From positions 256,001-320,000 of the forward strand of contig CAVXLD010000003.1 in assembly GCA_963762565.1 (NCBI GenBank): a DNA stretch of 64,000 nucleotides, in the 5' to 3' direction. Source of the stretch: an uncultured Verrucomicrobiae bacterium. GTDB lineage: Bacteria > Verrucomicrobiota > Verrucomicrobiia > Chthoniobacterales > JAFAMB01. The notes beneath the pieces were generated by a model, which saw nothing but the letters and a program-made list of their open reading frames with translations, was not told the origin of the DNA and did not search any database. Every line of letters begins with the position of its first letter. The stretch's first letter is position 1. A program made the position numbers and the translations under genes. Positions 41,033-50,993 of the stretch are shown in pieces.

Positions 41033-42688
41033 ATGCAATCAGAATGGTGGCGAGGAGCAGTTATCTATCAGATTTATCCTCGGAGCTTCTTTGACGGGAA
41101 CGGGGACGGGACCGGTGATATCCCTGGAATCAATGCCAAGCTCGATTACATCCGCTCGCTGGGTGTTGACGCCATCTGGGTCTCTCCTTTCTACAAATCG
41201 CCCATGCGTGACTTCGGATATGACGTCGCCGACTATCGCACTGTCGATCCGATCTTCGGCAGCAACGCCGACTTCGGCGTCCTGATCGCGGGCGCGCACA
41301 AGCGAGGGATCAAGGTCATTATCGACCTGGTATTACCGCACACCTCGGATGAACATCCCTGGTTTAAAGAGAGCCGCCAAAATAGCAGTAAGCCGAAGGC
41401 TGATTGGTATGTTTGGGCAGATCCCAAACCGGACGGTACACCGCCGAACAATTGGCTTTCGGTGTTTGGTGGCTCCGCTTGGCAGTGGGATTCCCGGCGC
41501 CAGCAATATTATCTGCACCATTTCTTGCGCAGCCAACCCAATCTCAATTGGCACCATCGCCCGGTCGTTGAGGCCATGTTTGCTGAAGCGCGTTTTTGGT
41601 TGGATGCGGGCGTGGACGGGTTTCGTCTTGATGCGATCACGACGCTGGTGCATGACCGCGATTTAAGAGATAATCCGGCTCGCCCGGCCGATGCTCGGCC
41701 TTTGCGGTTCGCTGATTCCAACAATCCATTTTCCTGGCAGGAAGCGATCTACACCCGGGATCAACCGCATACGCTTGAGCTATTAGCTGAGCTCCGCGCT
41801 CTCATTGACTTGTACCAGGACCGTTATCTTATCGGGGAAATCGCTGATGTGGATATGATCACTGTCAGCGCGAAATACACCCGCACGGGCCAGCATCTCC
41901 ATAGCTGTTACAACTTCGAGTTGATGCAACTGGTCTTCAGTTGCGGCTTTCTGCGAAGCGTCATTGAAAAGACCGAATCGGTTCTAGGGACGGGTTGGAC
42001 GACCTGGGCTATGAGTAACCACGACAATATACGGGTGGTTAGCCGCTTCGGAATACTAGGCGAGCTTAGCGGCGACGATCGTTCCCTGGCTAAGTTGCTC
42101 CTGGGCATTATGCTTTCGCTGCGAGGCGGCGCCTGTCTGTATCAAGGAGAGGAACTAGGCTTGCCGCAAGCCGATGTCCCATTCGAAGACTTGCAAGACC
42201 CGTACGGCATCGAGTTCTGGCCTGATTTCAAGGGTCGCGATGGCTGTCGTACGCCGATTCCATGGACATCGGACTTGCCAAATGCCGGGTTTAGCGGCGT
42301 CAAACCGTGGTTGCCGGTCTCCCCAGTGCACAGAGCGCTGGCGGTGGATGCACAGGGAGAAGACCCGAATTCTGTTCTGCGCTTTGCTCGCCAGTTCATC
42401 GGGTGGCGTAAACAGCACCCCGCAATCATACAGGGCTCCCTCGCGCTCTTGCCTGTCCGCCCTGGCCAGGATGGCGGCGGCGGAAGTTCTACGGATCCAG
42501 TTCTGAGCTTTGAGCGAATCTACGAAGAAGAACGGATTCTCTGCGTTTTCAACCTTTCAAATAAAGAAACCTCAAAGCCGATTACCGACGGCTGGCGACA
42601 GATCGAGGGTCACGGATTTCAGTCGGAGCGAGTAGGCGCTAAATTGGGGCTGCCTGCATTTGGGGCGGCATTCTTTCGCTGGGAGTAG
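41033..42688 (+). CDS. GH13 alpha-glucosidase
   Basis: WWRGAVIYQIYPRSF, GFRLDA, SNHD, YQGEELG and GRDGCRTP motifs. Confidence 0.93.
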   Translation: MQSEWWRGAVIYQIYPRSFFDGNGDGTGDIPGINAKLDYIRSLGVDAIWVSPFYKSPMRDFGYDVADYRTVDPIFGSNADFGVLIAGAHKRGIKVIIDLVLPHTSDEHPWFKESRQNSSKPKADWYVWADPKPDGTPPNNWLSVFGGSAWQWDSRRQQYYLHHFLRSQPNLNWHHRPVVEAMFAEARFWLDAGVDGFRLDAITTLVHDRDLRDNPARPADARPLRFADSNNPFSWQEAIYTRDQPHTLELLAELRALIDLYQDRYLIGEIADVDMITVSAKYTRTGQHLHSCYNFELMQLVFSCGFLRSVIEKTESVLGTGWTTWAMSNHDNIRVVSRFGILGELSGDDRSLAKLLLGIMLSLRGGACLYQGEELGLPQADVPFEDLQDPYGIEFWPDFKGRDGCRTPIPWTSDLPNAGFSGVKPWLPVSPVHRALAVDAQGEDPNSVLRFARQFIGWRKQHPAIIQGSLALLPVRPGQDGGGGSSTDPVLSFERIYEEERILCVFNLSNKETSKPITDGWRQIEGHGFQSERVGAKLGLPAFGAAFFRWE

Positions 42689-42967
42689 GATCAAAGTAAT
42701 CAGTAATCAGTAGGTCAGTAAACAGTTTCAGGAGCGAGGAGCTAGAATCTAGGAGCTAGGAGAGGGCAACTTTGCTGGGGCGAGGCTCCCGAATAATCCC
42801 AACCTTCGAGCGAACCGATTGGTACTGTCATGCCATGTCATGCTGTTAGGTCTTAAATCGCGCCGAGCCGTGGTCTGTTGTGGGCCACGGCTCGGCGCGT
42901 CTATCGGCCTTGCTTACTCATCCCTTGGCGTTCGTACGGTCTACCGTTCCAACCCCGCGCGGTCGCA

Positions 42968-43206
42968 GGGTGCAAATCGGGGAGGGCGCGCTGCCTGTCC
43001 GACATAGCCTGAGGCAACCAAATCGATTTTTCTCCCAGCGCGGCGACGTCGGATCCCCGCGGGCCGAGAGGACTTGCCACAACCCAAAAGCTGTATTTTT
43101 GTCCACGATTACGACACGTTCTCAGCTTCGTTGACAACGGATCGCGAGGACGCGATCCCTCCCGGGCGTTGGGCGGCACGCATTCAAAGGACGAAGCGCC
43201 TCACGA
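42968..43206 (-). repeat. REPIN homologous to 3752..3930, carrying an insert of about 60 bp
   Basis: The insert region is near-identical to 4302..4395. Confidence 0.85.
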
Positions 43207-43686
43207 GCCCTCACCCCTGGCCAAGAACTGAATCGCAAAAATCACTGCGATCGTTCCAATGATTACCAGAAACACCCCGACTAACAGATGCAGAAGCGAG
43301 TCACCAAGGTTTCCCATCGAGCCAGGGAGCCGCATATCGGCCGGATCGTCTCTTAAGTACTCGACGTTCAAAGACTGGCCCTTATGCAGGTTTTGCCAGA
43401 GCCCGGCGTAAACCGATAACCTCTTGTCGTAATTAACTTTCCCAGGGCCGCTTAATAATAACCGACAATCGACAAAGAAGTCGTTCGGCCCAGCCCGCAC
43501 TTTACCTACGATTTCGGCGATGCCGGTAGTTGAATTGGTCAGGAATTTGTACTCTTGGGTCAGAGCGCTGCCTCCTCCAGCCGTAAAGATCAAGCCGAAA
43601 AGCAGCGCCATGCCGCCTCCGATGAGCAACAAAATTGCTTCTCGGTACCCAATAACAAAAGCGTTATGTAGCGACCGGATCCGCAT
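43201..43686 (-). CDS. DUF3592-like two-TM membrane protein
   Basis: TM helix, then a beta-rich part (TTGIAEIVGK..GQSLNVEYLRDDP), then a second TM helix. Confidence 0.65.
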   Translation of the reverse strand: MRIRSLHNAFVIGYREAILLLIGGGMALLFGLIFTAGGGSALTQEYKFLTNSTTGIAEIVGKVRAGPNDFFVDCRLLLSGPGKVNYDKRLSVYAGLWQNLHKGQSLNVEYLRDDPADMRLPGSMGNLGDSLLHLLVGVFLVIIGTIAVIFAIQFLARGEGS

Positions 43687-43845
43687 TGGCCAAAAGTAAT
43701 CAGTAATCAGTAGGTCAGTAGGTCAATCGCTGGGCTCTGCGGGAGCCTCGCCCACCAAAGCCCCTACCAGCGCCTCTCCTAGCTTCTAGATTCTAGCTCC
43801 TTTACTGATTAATGCTTTCAGACAAAAGAGGAGCCTCGCCCTACC

Positions 43846-43877
43846 AAAAAAACAGCGCCGGTCGGGTGACCGGCGCT
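43846..43877 (-). terminator. Rho-independent terminator
   Basis: Minus strand agcgccggtc-accc-gaccggcgct followed by gttttttt. Confidence 0.8.
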
Positions 43878-43914
43878 AACAAAACTTCGGACGAGTTAAT
43901 CGTCTTGCCGTTAG

Positions 43915-44442
43915 CTATTCCCCGTTTTTCGCGGCGTGATCGCCTTCTTTGATGGCGTCCGCTTCGCTCATGTACTTACCTTGCTTGGTCTTACCATAGA
44001 ACCGGGAACCGGCCTTGTGGTAGACATGTGAGTCGGTATTAACCCAGACTTGACCGTTGCCAGGAGTACCTGGGTTGCTGGCTGCCGGAGCTTGCGGCTG
44101 GTTTGCAACCGGCGCCGGAGTCGGGCTGGCGTGCAAGAAACCAAACATCGAGTGCTTTGCGGTTGCGGATGGCGCCGGCGTGGCAGCCGGCGCAGCCGGA
44201 GCAGGAGTGGTCGCAGGAGAGGCAGCCGCAGTGGCTTCCTTCCTGGACCGTTTCTTAGGAGTCGCACTTGCCGCAGGGGTGGCATTGGTTACGGCGGCCG
44301 CCGGACTGGGGCTGGTACTGGCTTTGTGCGACCGCTTCTTTGGACTAGCCGAAGCGGCCGGACTTGGAGTTGCGTTTTGGGAGTACGCCAGCGGCGTGGC
44401 CGCGATAGCTAATAGGGCGAGGAGGCAGAGAAACGTGCGCAT
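43915..44442 (-). CDS. Secreted Pro/Ala-rich protein with small C-terminal domain
   Basis: Signal peptide, PAAS linker, then VWVNTDSHVYH..GKTKQGKYMSEADA. Confidence 0.75.
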   Translation of the reverse strand: MRTFLCLLALLAIAATPLAYSQNATPSPAASASPKKRSHKASTSPSPAAAVTNATPAASATPKKRSRKEATAAASPATTPAPAAPAATPAPSATAKHSMFGFLHASPTPAPVANQPQAPAASNPGTPGNGQVWVNTDSHVYHKAGSRFYGKTKQGKYMSEADAIKEGDHAAKNGE

Positions 44443-44565
44443 AAAACACCTCTTGTACCTTGATTTGATGCCGCTCGGCAATCCTGGAAGTGTTAAAAAG
44501 GGGGAATTTAGGGGGGTGTGCCGGCCTGGAGGGCGTCGATAAAAGCCCCAGGGTACCCAGGGGTC

Positions 44566-44790
44566 GGTAGGGCGAAAACCCGACTTCGCAAAGCCTACGT
44601 CGCGGCCAACCTTTAGGCGTGACACGATGCAGAACAGGCCGCGCCAAAGCGTAGCGGCGGCGGGTCTCGGCGCGCCATGAGGGAAACGGCGAAAGGGCGC
44701 ACCGGCGAATCGGCTAAGAGATGGATGAGACGGGCGGGCGTTGGGCCTGTTCGCCGTGTCGCTCTCGGCGCCCCGAGATTTTACGCCCTT
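44566..44790. repeat. REP family B with the same split arm as 12756..12866
   Basis: The reverse complement of 44566..44676 aligns to 12756..12866. Confidence 0.85.
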
Positions 44791-44821
44791 TCGCCCCTTC
44801 GCCGTCTCGCCGTTTCGCTTA

Positions 44822-45673
44822 CTATCGGCCTTGGTCTCGAATCAAATTCGACGCCACCGCGAAATCCTGCTGTGACCAGCCTTTGCCATCGGCTTCAGCA
44901 AAGAGGCGGTTGACCGTTTCAGCCAGAGGGAGCTGTACCCCGAGGCTTTTGGCCAGATCCAGCGCCAGGCGCGAATCTTTGAACATATTCATCAGCGAAA
45001 AATTGGGGTCAAAGTCTCGGGCGATGATCGCTTTGAGCTTGAAATCACTGACCCCTGAACGGCACGCATTGTTCTCGATAGCGGCGACTAATTCTGCCGA
45101 ATCGATGCCGGCGCGTTCTGTTATGGTGAGGGCCTCCGTCAATGCTTGCACGATGGCAGCTGTAACCATGTTAGTTGCAATCTTAATGAGGCTAGCATCT
45201 CCAAACCGGCTGAAGTAAACGAGCGTTTTGCGCGAAGCTTCCAGCACAGGTTCTGCCCGCTCCAGGTCAACCTTGTCGCCTGCCAGATAATACACAATTT
45301 GACCATTCTCCGCGGCTCCTTTGCTTCCGGTGAAAGGCGCATCGACCAGGTGTGCGCCGGTTGACGCCACTGCCTCTTTTGCTTTGCGCACGGTCTCTGG
45401 CGAGATCGTCGAATGAATCAAGAGAAGATGATCTGCTGTTAATGCGGGGCGAAGCGCCGCCAGCGTTTCCAGAACCGCGGCGTCGTTGGAAACAAAGATT
45501 TGAATGATCTGCGCAGCCTTCGCCACCTCAGCCGGTGAACTCACGAAATTTAGTTCAGGTTTCGGCGTCCGATTCCATACATAAACGTCGAACCCTTTCT
45601 TCCGCAGATTTTTGGTGACCCGCGACCCGATGATCCCGAGCCCAATTACGCCAACTCGAATTGGAGTACTCAT
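44822..45673 (-). CDS. 3-hydroxyisobutyrate/6-phosphogluconate-family NAD(P) dehydrogenase
   Basis: GVIGLGIIG, WNRT, DAPFTGS and KIATN motifs. Confidence 0.88.
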   Translation of the reverse strand: MSTPIRVGVIGLGIIGSRVTKNLRKKGFDVYVWNRTPKPELNFVSSPAEVAKAAQIIQIFVSNDAAVLETLAALRPALTADHLLLIHSTISPETVRKAKEAVASTGAHLVDAPFTGSKGAAENGQIVYYLAGDKVDLERAEPVLEASRKTLVYFSRFGDASLIKIATNMVTAAIVQALTEALTITERAGIDSAELVAAIENNACRSGVSDFKLKAIIARDFDPNFSLMNMFKDSRLALDLAKSLGVQLPLAETVNRLFAEADGKGWSQQDFAVASNLIRDQGR

Positions 45674-45760
45674 AGTCGAAACCTACGTGGCCTAATGAGC
45701 GTTTCTAGCGATCTTTAGGGTCGGTTGGCGGTAATCCGTTGGGGTATGTGGAGTGCCCAA

Positions 45761-46150
45761 TCGTCGTCGTCCTCGTCCGCGAAAGAGCGTGGGTCGATGC
45801 GACGTGCGATCGCCCAGCGTTTGGAGGGGAGCCGCTTTGGCGCGTATCACAGGACCTCGCAATATTTGTTTCAGGCTCCGTTCGGACCAAAGAATGTTGC
45901 AACGGGCGGCTCCCGGGAATAGCCCAGCGCCATGAATTTACCCATGGATTCCGATTGGTTCAGACACGAACTATCGAGCTGGGATCCGATGGGTCCTTCC
46001 CGGGAGCCGCCTGTTTTCGCGCGTTCCGGCTGGACTAGCGTTGGGGCGAAAGTTGCGAGAGGAACAATATGCACGCCAAAGCGGCTCCCCTCCAGGCGCT
46101 GGGCGACCGCACATCGCATCGACCCGCCAAACCGCGATCGAGGACGAGGA
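45761..46150. repeat. Multi-layer nested repeat (TCGTCC array, then GGGTCGATGCGA, then family C, then GGCTCCCGGGA)
   Basis: Mirror-ordered inverted pairs seen directly. Confidence 0.85.
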
Positions 46151-46434
46151 TGCGTCGCTTAGCGATGGCATGTTTCCCTTGCGAAGAGCACGATTTCTTG
46201 CGAATTGCGCGCATCCATTGTGAGAGTGATTCTCATAAGGGAGCGAGCCCTTGTGCCGCTGCGGAGCCCGTGTTTTTCTTTATTTGTTAGTTTGAAAGTT
46301 GGAGTTAGGGACTGGCGGCCTGAGACGGGAAATTGCGCGGAATGAGATGCGCGGGGCGAAGTGGCTTCGACTAAAATCGAGGGGACTTCAGTGACAGGAC
46401 GTCGGTAGGGATTCAATCTTGCAAGGAAGTATCA

Positions 46435-47103
46435 ATGCAGCGCAAACCAGACCGTTTGTCCCCGCCGTGTTCTACGGCTTCTGAAGAAATAGGTTCCTCC
46501 AGGCGTCGTTTTATTTCTCAGCTAGCAGCCTTATCTGCCGGGTTGAGCGTGGTAACGCCGATGTCCCGTGGAGTTAGTGAGACTACCGAGCCAGCCCGAG
46601 GACCGGATCAAGGTCCGGAACAAGATACTCTTGTCGACATCACACTTCGGATAAATGGGGCCACTCGAAAACTGCGGGTGGATCCACGAGTGACACTGCT
46701 AGATGCGCTACGGGAGCGGCTAGACCTCCCGGGCACTAAGAAAGGCTGTGACCAAGGTGCGTGCGGCGCTTGTACTGTGTTAGTAGATGGTACCAGGGTG
46801 GTTTCCTGCCTAACGCTCGCGGTGATGTCTCAAGGAAAAGAGATCACTACCATCGAGGGCTTGGCTAAGGGTGACGAATTGCATCCGGTTCAAGCTGCGT
46901 TTGTTACCTGTGACGGATTTCAGTGTGGATATTGCACACCCGGCCAAATCATGTCGGCCGTCGGATGCATTCGGGAAGGCCATATTAAGACAGACGCCGA
47001 GATCCGGGAGTTCATGTCCGGGAACATTTGTCGATGTGGCGCTTATCCGAACATCGTCGATGCCATCAAGCTGGCGGCGGCCAACGGAAAGGGGGCTGCT
47101 TAG
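46435..47103 (+). CDS. Aldehyde oxidoreductase 2Fe-2S subunit with Tat leader (PaoA/YagT-like)
   Basis: SRRRFI leader. GCDQGACGACT, QCGYC and NICRC motifs. Confidence 0.92.
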   Translation: MQRKPDRLSPPCSTASEEIGSSRRRFISQLAALSAGLSVVTPMSRGVSETTEPARGPDQGPEQDTLVDITLRINGATRKLRVDPRVTLLDALRERLDLPGTKKGCDQGACGACTVLVDGTRVVSCLTLAVMSQGKEITTIEGLAKGDELHPVQAAFVTCDGFQCGYCTPGQIMSAVGCIREGHIKTDAEIREFMSGNICRCGAYPNIVDAIKLAAANGKGAA

Positions 47104-47105
47104 TC

Positions 47106-48080
47106 ATGAAAGCTTTTGCCTACAAAATGGCGGGATCGACCCAGGAAGCGATTTCTACCGGAACACAAACTGCCTTTATCGCCGGCGGTACCAATCTCGT
47201 CGATCTCATGAAGATCGATGTGATGGACCCGAAGCAGCTGGTCGATATCAACCAGTTGCCGATGCGAGGTATCACCCTCGACGCCGCTGGGTTAAGGATC
47301 GGGGCTTTGGAGAAAATGGCTTACGTTGCCGAGCAGCCTGAAGTTGTGGAGCATTTTCCAGTCGTCTCGCAAGCTCTCTTGAAAAGCGCGTCGGCCCAGC
47401 TTCGGAACATGGCGTCGATTGGCGGGAACCTTATGCAGCGGACCCGTTGCGCCTATTTCCGCGATGTGGATATGCCTTGCAACAAGCGCGTTCCGGGCAG
47501 CGGTTGCCCGGCGTTTTCTGGGGAGAACCGGATGCATGCCATTCTGGGGGTTGGTAACGCTTGTTGCGCGACGCATCCAAGCGATTTAGCTGTGGCGTTA
47601 GTGGCTCTGGACGCGAGCATCAAACTGCAGGGACCCAAAGGAACTAGATCGATCAAGCTGGACGATTTTTATCTGTTGCCGGGTGATACCCCCGATCGCG
47701 AACATGACATCGAACCGGGAGAGCTCATCACGGAGGTCACTGTCCCGTACACGGGTTGGTACCAGCGTTCCGCCTATCTCAAGATTCGAGACCGCGAGTC
47801 CTACGAATTCGCGCTTTGCTCGGCAGCTATTGCGCTCGATCTCGACGGCCAAACCATTCGGGACGCGCGAGTTGCCGCCGGCGGCGTCGGGACCAAACCC
47901 TGGCTGCTACCGGAGGTGGCGCAGGCGCTCATCGGAAAGCAAGCCGGCCAAGATACCTTCCAGCGTGCCGCGGAGGTCGCCAGCAAGGGAACGCGGCCGC
48001 TGGGTCAAAACGCGTTCAAAGTAACTTTGCTTAAACGGACGCTAACGCGTGCGCTGATACAGGTAGGAGGTGCAGCCTGA
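47106..48080 (+). CDS. Aldehyde oxidoreductase FAD subunit (PaoB/YagS-like)
   Basis: IAGGTNLVDLMK, QRTRC.YF, CNKR.PGSGC and RDRESYEFA motifs. Confidence 0.92.
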   Translation: MKAFAYKMAGSTQEAISTGTQTAFIAGGTNLVDLMKIDVMDPKQLVDINQLPMRGITLDAAGLRIGALEKMAYVAEQPEVVEHFPVVSQALLKSASAQLRNMASIGGNLMQRTRCAYFRDVDMPCNKRVPGSGCPAFSGENRMHAILGVGNACCATHPSDLAVALVALDASIKLQGPKGTRSIKLDDFYLLPGDTPDREHDIEPGELITEVTVPYTGWYQRSAYLKIRDRESYEFALCSAAIALDLDGQTIRDARVAAGGVGTKPWLLPEVAQALIGKQAGQDTFQRAAEVASKGTRPLGQNAFKVTLLKRTLTRALIQVGGAA

Positions 48081-48082
48081 GT

Positions 48083-50329
48083 ATGGAAAAGAATTTTTCT
48101 ACCAGCTCTGTTGATCGAGTTGACGGTAAATTGAAGGTGACGGGCCGCGCGCTTTACCCGGCGGATCACGCGGTGCCGAACGTTTGTTACGGGTATCTTC
48201 TGCAGAGCTCGATTGCCAAAGGCCGAATTCAGTCGATGGACGTTACGGCGGCTCAGAATAGCCCCGGCGTATTGGCGGTTTTTACGCCCTTTAATCCGGT
48301 GAAGATCTATGCGCCACTCACGGGTAGCGATGAAGGCGCGAACTCGGGCGATTTCCTTCCGCTTCTCCAAAACACGGTGGTTTCTTATTTTGGTCAAACG
48401 ATTGGACTAGTTGTGGCGGAGAGCTTTGAAGCAGCCAGAGATGCAGCTCGGCTGGTAAAGACCCTTTACCAGACTCAGCCCGCGGTGGTTGACATGCAAG
48501 CGGGTATGGACAAAGCGTATGCGCCGAAATCCGTAGCCGGTATGGACGCGACCGTAGCGATTCTGGATGAGGGAGTGTCGTCTATCGATGAGGTGTTTCG
48601 AAAAGCGGAGGTCCTGGTTTCAGCGACCTACAACAGCCCGATCGAAAATCATAACCCGATGGAGCCGCATGCAACCCTCGCGGTATGGAATGGTGATCGG
48701 TTAACGATCTATGATGCGACTCAGTGGGTTCAGGGACAACAGCGGAATCTCGCAGCAGTATTGGGCATTGATGAGGCGGATGTGCGTGTGCTCTGTCCGT
48801 TCGTCGGAGGCGCTTTCGGTTGCAAAGGCTCAATGTGGATGCACTCGCCGCTGACCGCGGCTGCGGCCCGGGTATTGAACCGGCCGGTGAAAACGGTACT
48901 GACGCGAGAGCAGATGTTTACGTCGGTCGGCCATCGGCCCTCGGTCAGACAAATCGTGACTTTAGGCTCGAGCAAACAGGGGACTCTAACAGCGCTTAAG
49001 CACGAAGCGTATTCGTCGAGCTCGCGGGTGAAGTTCTTCGCGGAGGTCGCCGCTCATCGAACATCATTAGCTTTGTACAAATCGCCGAATATCCTGGTGA
49101 GCCATCAGATCGTCCCACTCGACTATGCGCCGGGCACCTTTATGCGTGCTCCGGGAGTCGCACCCGGCATGTTCGCCTTGGAATCGGCGATGGACGAGCT
49201 CGCGATTAAGCTTGGCCTGGATCCGCTTGAGCTTCGTCTCCGAAATTACGCGACCGTCGACCCCGTTGAGAAGTTGCCCTGGTCATCGAAGCATTTGGAC
49301 GAATGTTACCGAGTAGGCGCAGACAAGTTCGGCTGGTCACGACGAAATCCGCAGCCTCGGTCGATGCGGGACGGCGATTGGCTAGTTGGCCAAGGAATGG
49401 CCACTGCTCTTTACCCCGCACACCGAAGGCGTGCTGAAGTAAAGATCCGGTTTGAAAGCGATGGGAACGTCAGCGTGTCCAGCGCAACGCATGATCTTGG
49501 GACTGGTATGTACACGGTCTTGGCCGTCGTTGCTTCGGAGGAGCTTGGCATCCCGATAGAACGGATACGACCCTACCTCGGCGATTCGGCATTAACGATC
49601 TCTCCGGGAGCGGGTGGTTCGACTTCGACCGCGAGCGTTTCACCCGCCGTGTTGCCTGCGATTGAAGCGGCCAAGAAAAAGCTGATCAGCGTCGCGATCA
49701 ATGGTCCCAAGTCGCCGCTCTTTGGCCTGAAAGCGGATCAGGTTTCTTATTATAACGGCGTCCTGCGTGCAGGCGACAAATCGGTTCCTTTCGAAACCGT
49801 CTTGTCGGCGTTGGATCGTTCCGCCGTAGAAGGCACCGGAAGCGCGTCTCCGGGTGAAGAAGAACATCAGTACGGTTTTCTTTCGTTCGGAGCACAATTC
49901 TGCGAGGTCCGCGTGAACGAATGGACTGGCGAAGCCCGAGTCAGCCGTTTCACCAGTGTCATGGACGCCGGCGCCATTGTTAGTCAGAAGACCGCGCGTA
50001 GTCAGGTAATTGGCGGCATCGTATTCGGCATCGGGATGGGATTGCTCGAGGCGACAAAAGTCGATCGCAACAACGGTTGCATCACTAATCGCAACCTGGC
50101 CGAGTATTTGGTGCCAACCAACGCCGACATTCCTCACATCGACGTCGAGTTCCTCAATTTTCCGGACACGACCTTCAATCCGCTCGGCGTCCGGGGGATT
50201 GGCGAAATCGGGATCGCGGGAGTGCCGGCAGCAATCGCTAACGCGATCTATAACGCCACCGGGATCCGGGTCAGAGATTTGCCCATCACGCCTGAGAGCC
50301 TGCTGGTGGAGCAGAAGGGACTGGTGTAG
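48083..50329 (+). CDS. Aldehyde oxidoreductase molybdopterin subunit (PaoC/YagR-like)
   Basis: RVDG..KVTG, HNPMEPHA, GGAFGCKG, FMRAPG and RGIGEIG motifs. Confidence 0.93.
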   Translation: MEKNFSTSSVDRVDGKLKVTGRALYPADHAVPNVCYGYLLQSSIAKGRIQSMDVTAAQNSPGVLAVFTPFNPVKIYAPLTGSDEGANSGDFLPLLQNTVVSYFGQTIGLVVAESFEAARDAARLVKTLYQTQPAVVDMQAGMDKAYAPKSVAGMDATVAILDEGVSSIDEVFRKAEVLVSATYNSPIENHNPMEPHATLAVWNGDRLTIYDATQWVQGQQRNLAAVLGIDEADVRVLCPFVGGAFGCKGSMWMHSPLTAAAARVLNRPVKTVLTREQMFTSVGHRPSVRQIVTLGSSKQGTLTALKHEAYSSSSRVKFFAEVAAHRTSLALYKSPNILVSHQIVPLDYAPGTFMRAPGVAPGMFALESAMDELAIKLGLDPLELRLRNYATVDPVEKLPWSSKHLDECYRVGADKFGWSRRNPQPRSMRDGDWLVGQGMATALYPAHRRRAEVKIRFESDGNVSVSSATHDLGTGMYTVLAVVASEELGIPIERIRPYLGDSALTISPGAGGSTSTASVSPAVLPAIEAAKKKLISVAINGPKSPLFGLKADQVSYYNGVLRAGDKSVPFETVLSALDRSAVEGTGSASPGEEEHQYGFLSFGAQFCEVRVNEWTGEARVSRFTSVMDAGAIVSQKTARSQVIGGIVFGIGMGLLEATKVDRNNGCITNRNLAEYLVPTNADIPHIDVEFLNFPDTTFNPLGVRGIGEIGIAGVPAAIANAIYNATGIRVRDLPITPESLLVEQKGLV

Positions 50330-50390
50330 GCGTGTGGGCGATTGGGCGATTGGGCGAAAGGGCGCACCGGCGAATGGGCGAAACGGGGCC

Positions 50391-50609
50391 GGTAGGGCGA
50401 AAATCTCGGCGCGCCCATGACACGCCATTTCTATCGATGCCTACGCGCCGGATTTGAGCCATGCGTACGCGCTGCCACATCGAGCACGTCATCGTTCTCA
50501 GGACCATCGAAGCCAGGGAGGTAGGAACCCCACGACGCGGCTCAAATCCGGCGCGTATACACCTGATCTGAATGGTCCGTCCATGGCGCGCCGAGATTTT
50601 CGCCCTACC
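50391..50609. repeat. REPIN, family B (219 bp)
   Basis: Perfect 25-bp arms. Colinear with 53703..53920 including the inner hairpin. Confidence 0.92.
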
Positions 50610-50617
50610 GCCTCGCC

Positions 50618-50938
50618 TTACCTCCGTTGCGGCGTTCTTCCGGAACGCAGCGCCGGGCTCCCCGGAGAACGCGGAGGTGCCTGCGGCATCTGATCCTCAA
50701 CGATCTTGGCGTGTGACGGCTCACCGTCCGCCGGTTTGACCGTCTCAACTTCGCCGCCGCGCTTGCGTACTATTTTAGCAGCCACAGTGAAACACATGGT
50801 CCGGTAGGGGTTGAGCCCGTCGTCAACAAGGACTAGCCGCTTACCCCTAAGATCTTTGCGGCCTCCTTTTTTTTCGGGAGGGAGACCAAGGTTTTGTAGC
50901 ATTGACTCGGCGTGCGTCTGAGCGCGTTTCCAGGACAT
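50618..50938 (-). CDS. Small hypothetical protein
   Basis: Open frame downstream of opgC containing RLVLVDDG. Confidence 0.4.
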   Translation of the reverse strand: MSWKRAQTHAESMLQNLGLPPEKKGGRKDLRGKRLVLVDDGLNPYRTMCFTVAAKIVRKRGGEVETVKPADGEPSHAKIVEDQMPQAPPRSPGSPALRSGRTPQRR

Positions 50939-50993
50939 ATCAGTGGCCCGGAAACTAGGACTACTGGGCGGCTGTCGCCAGAAAAAACTCCGT

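Larger units (their letters stand above)
42693..43810. mobile_element. Nested inverted-repeat cassette enclosing a REPIN and a DUF3592-like gene (mobility inferred)
   Basis: Three left-hand motifs (42693, 42738, 42778) pair in mirror order with right-hand motifs (43802, 43773, 43741). Confidence 0.5.

Noticed and set aside
49640..50428. 262-aa minus-strand ORF
   Set aside because: Antisense to the paoC-like gene.
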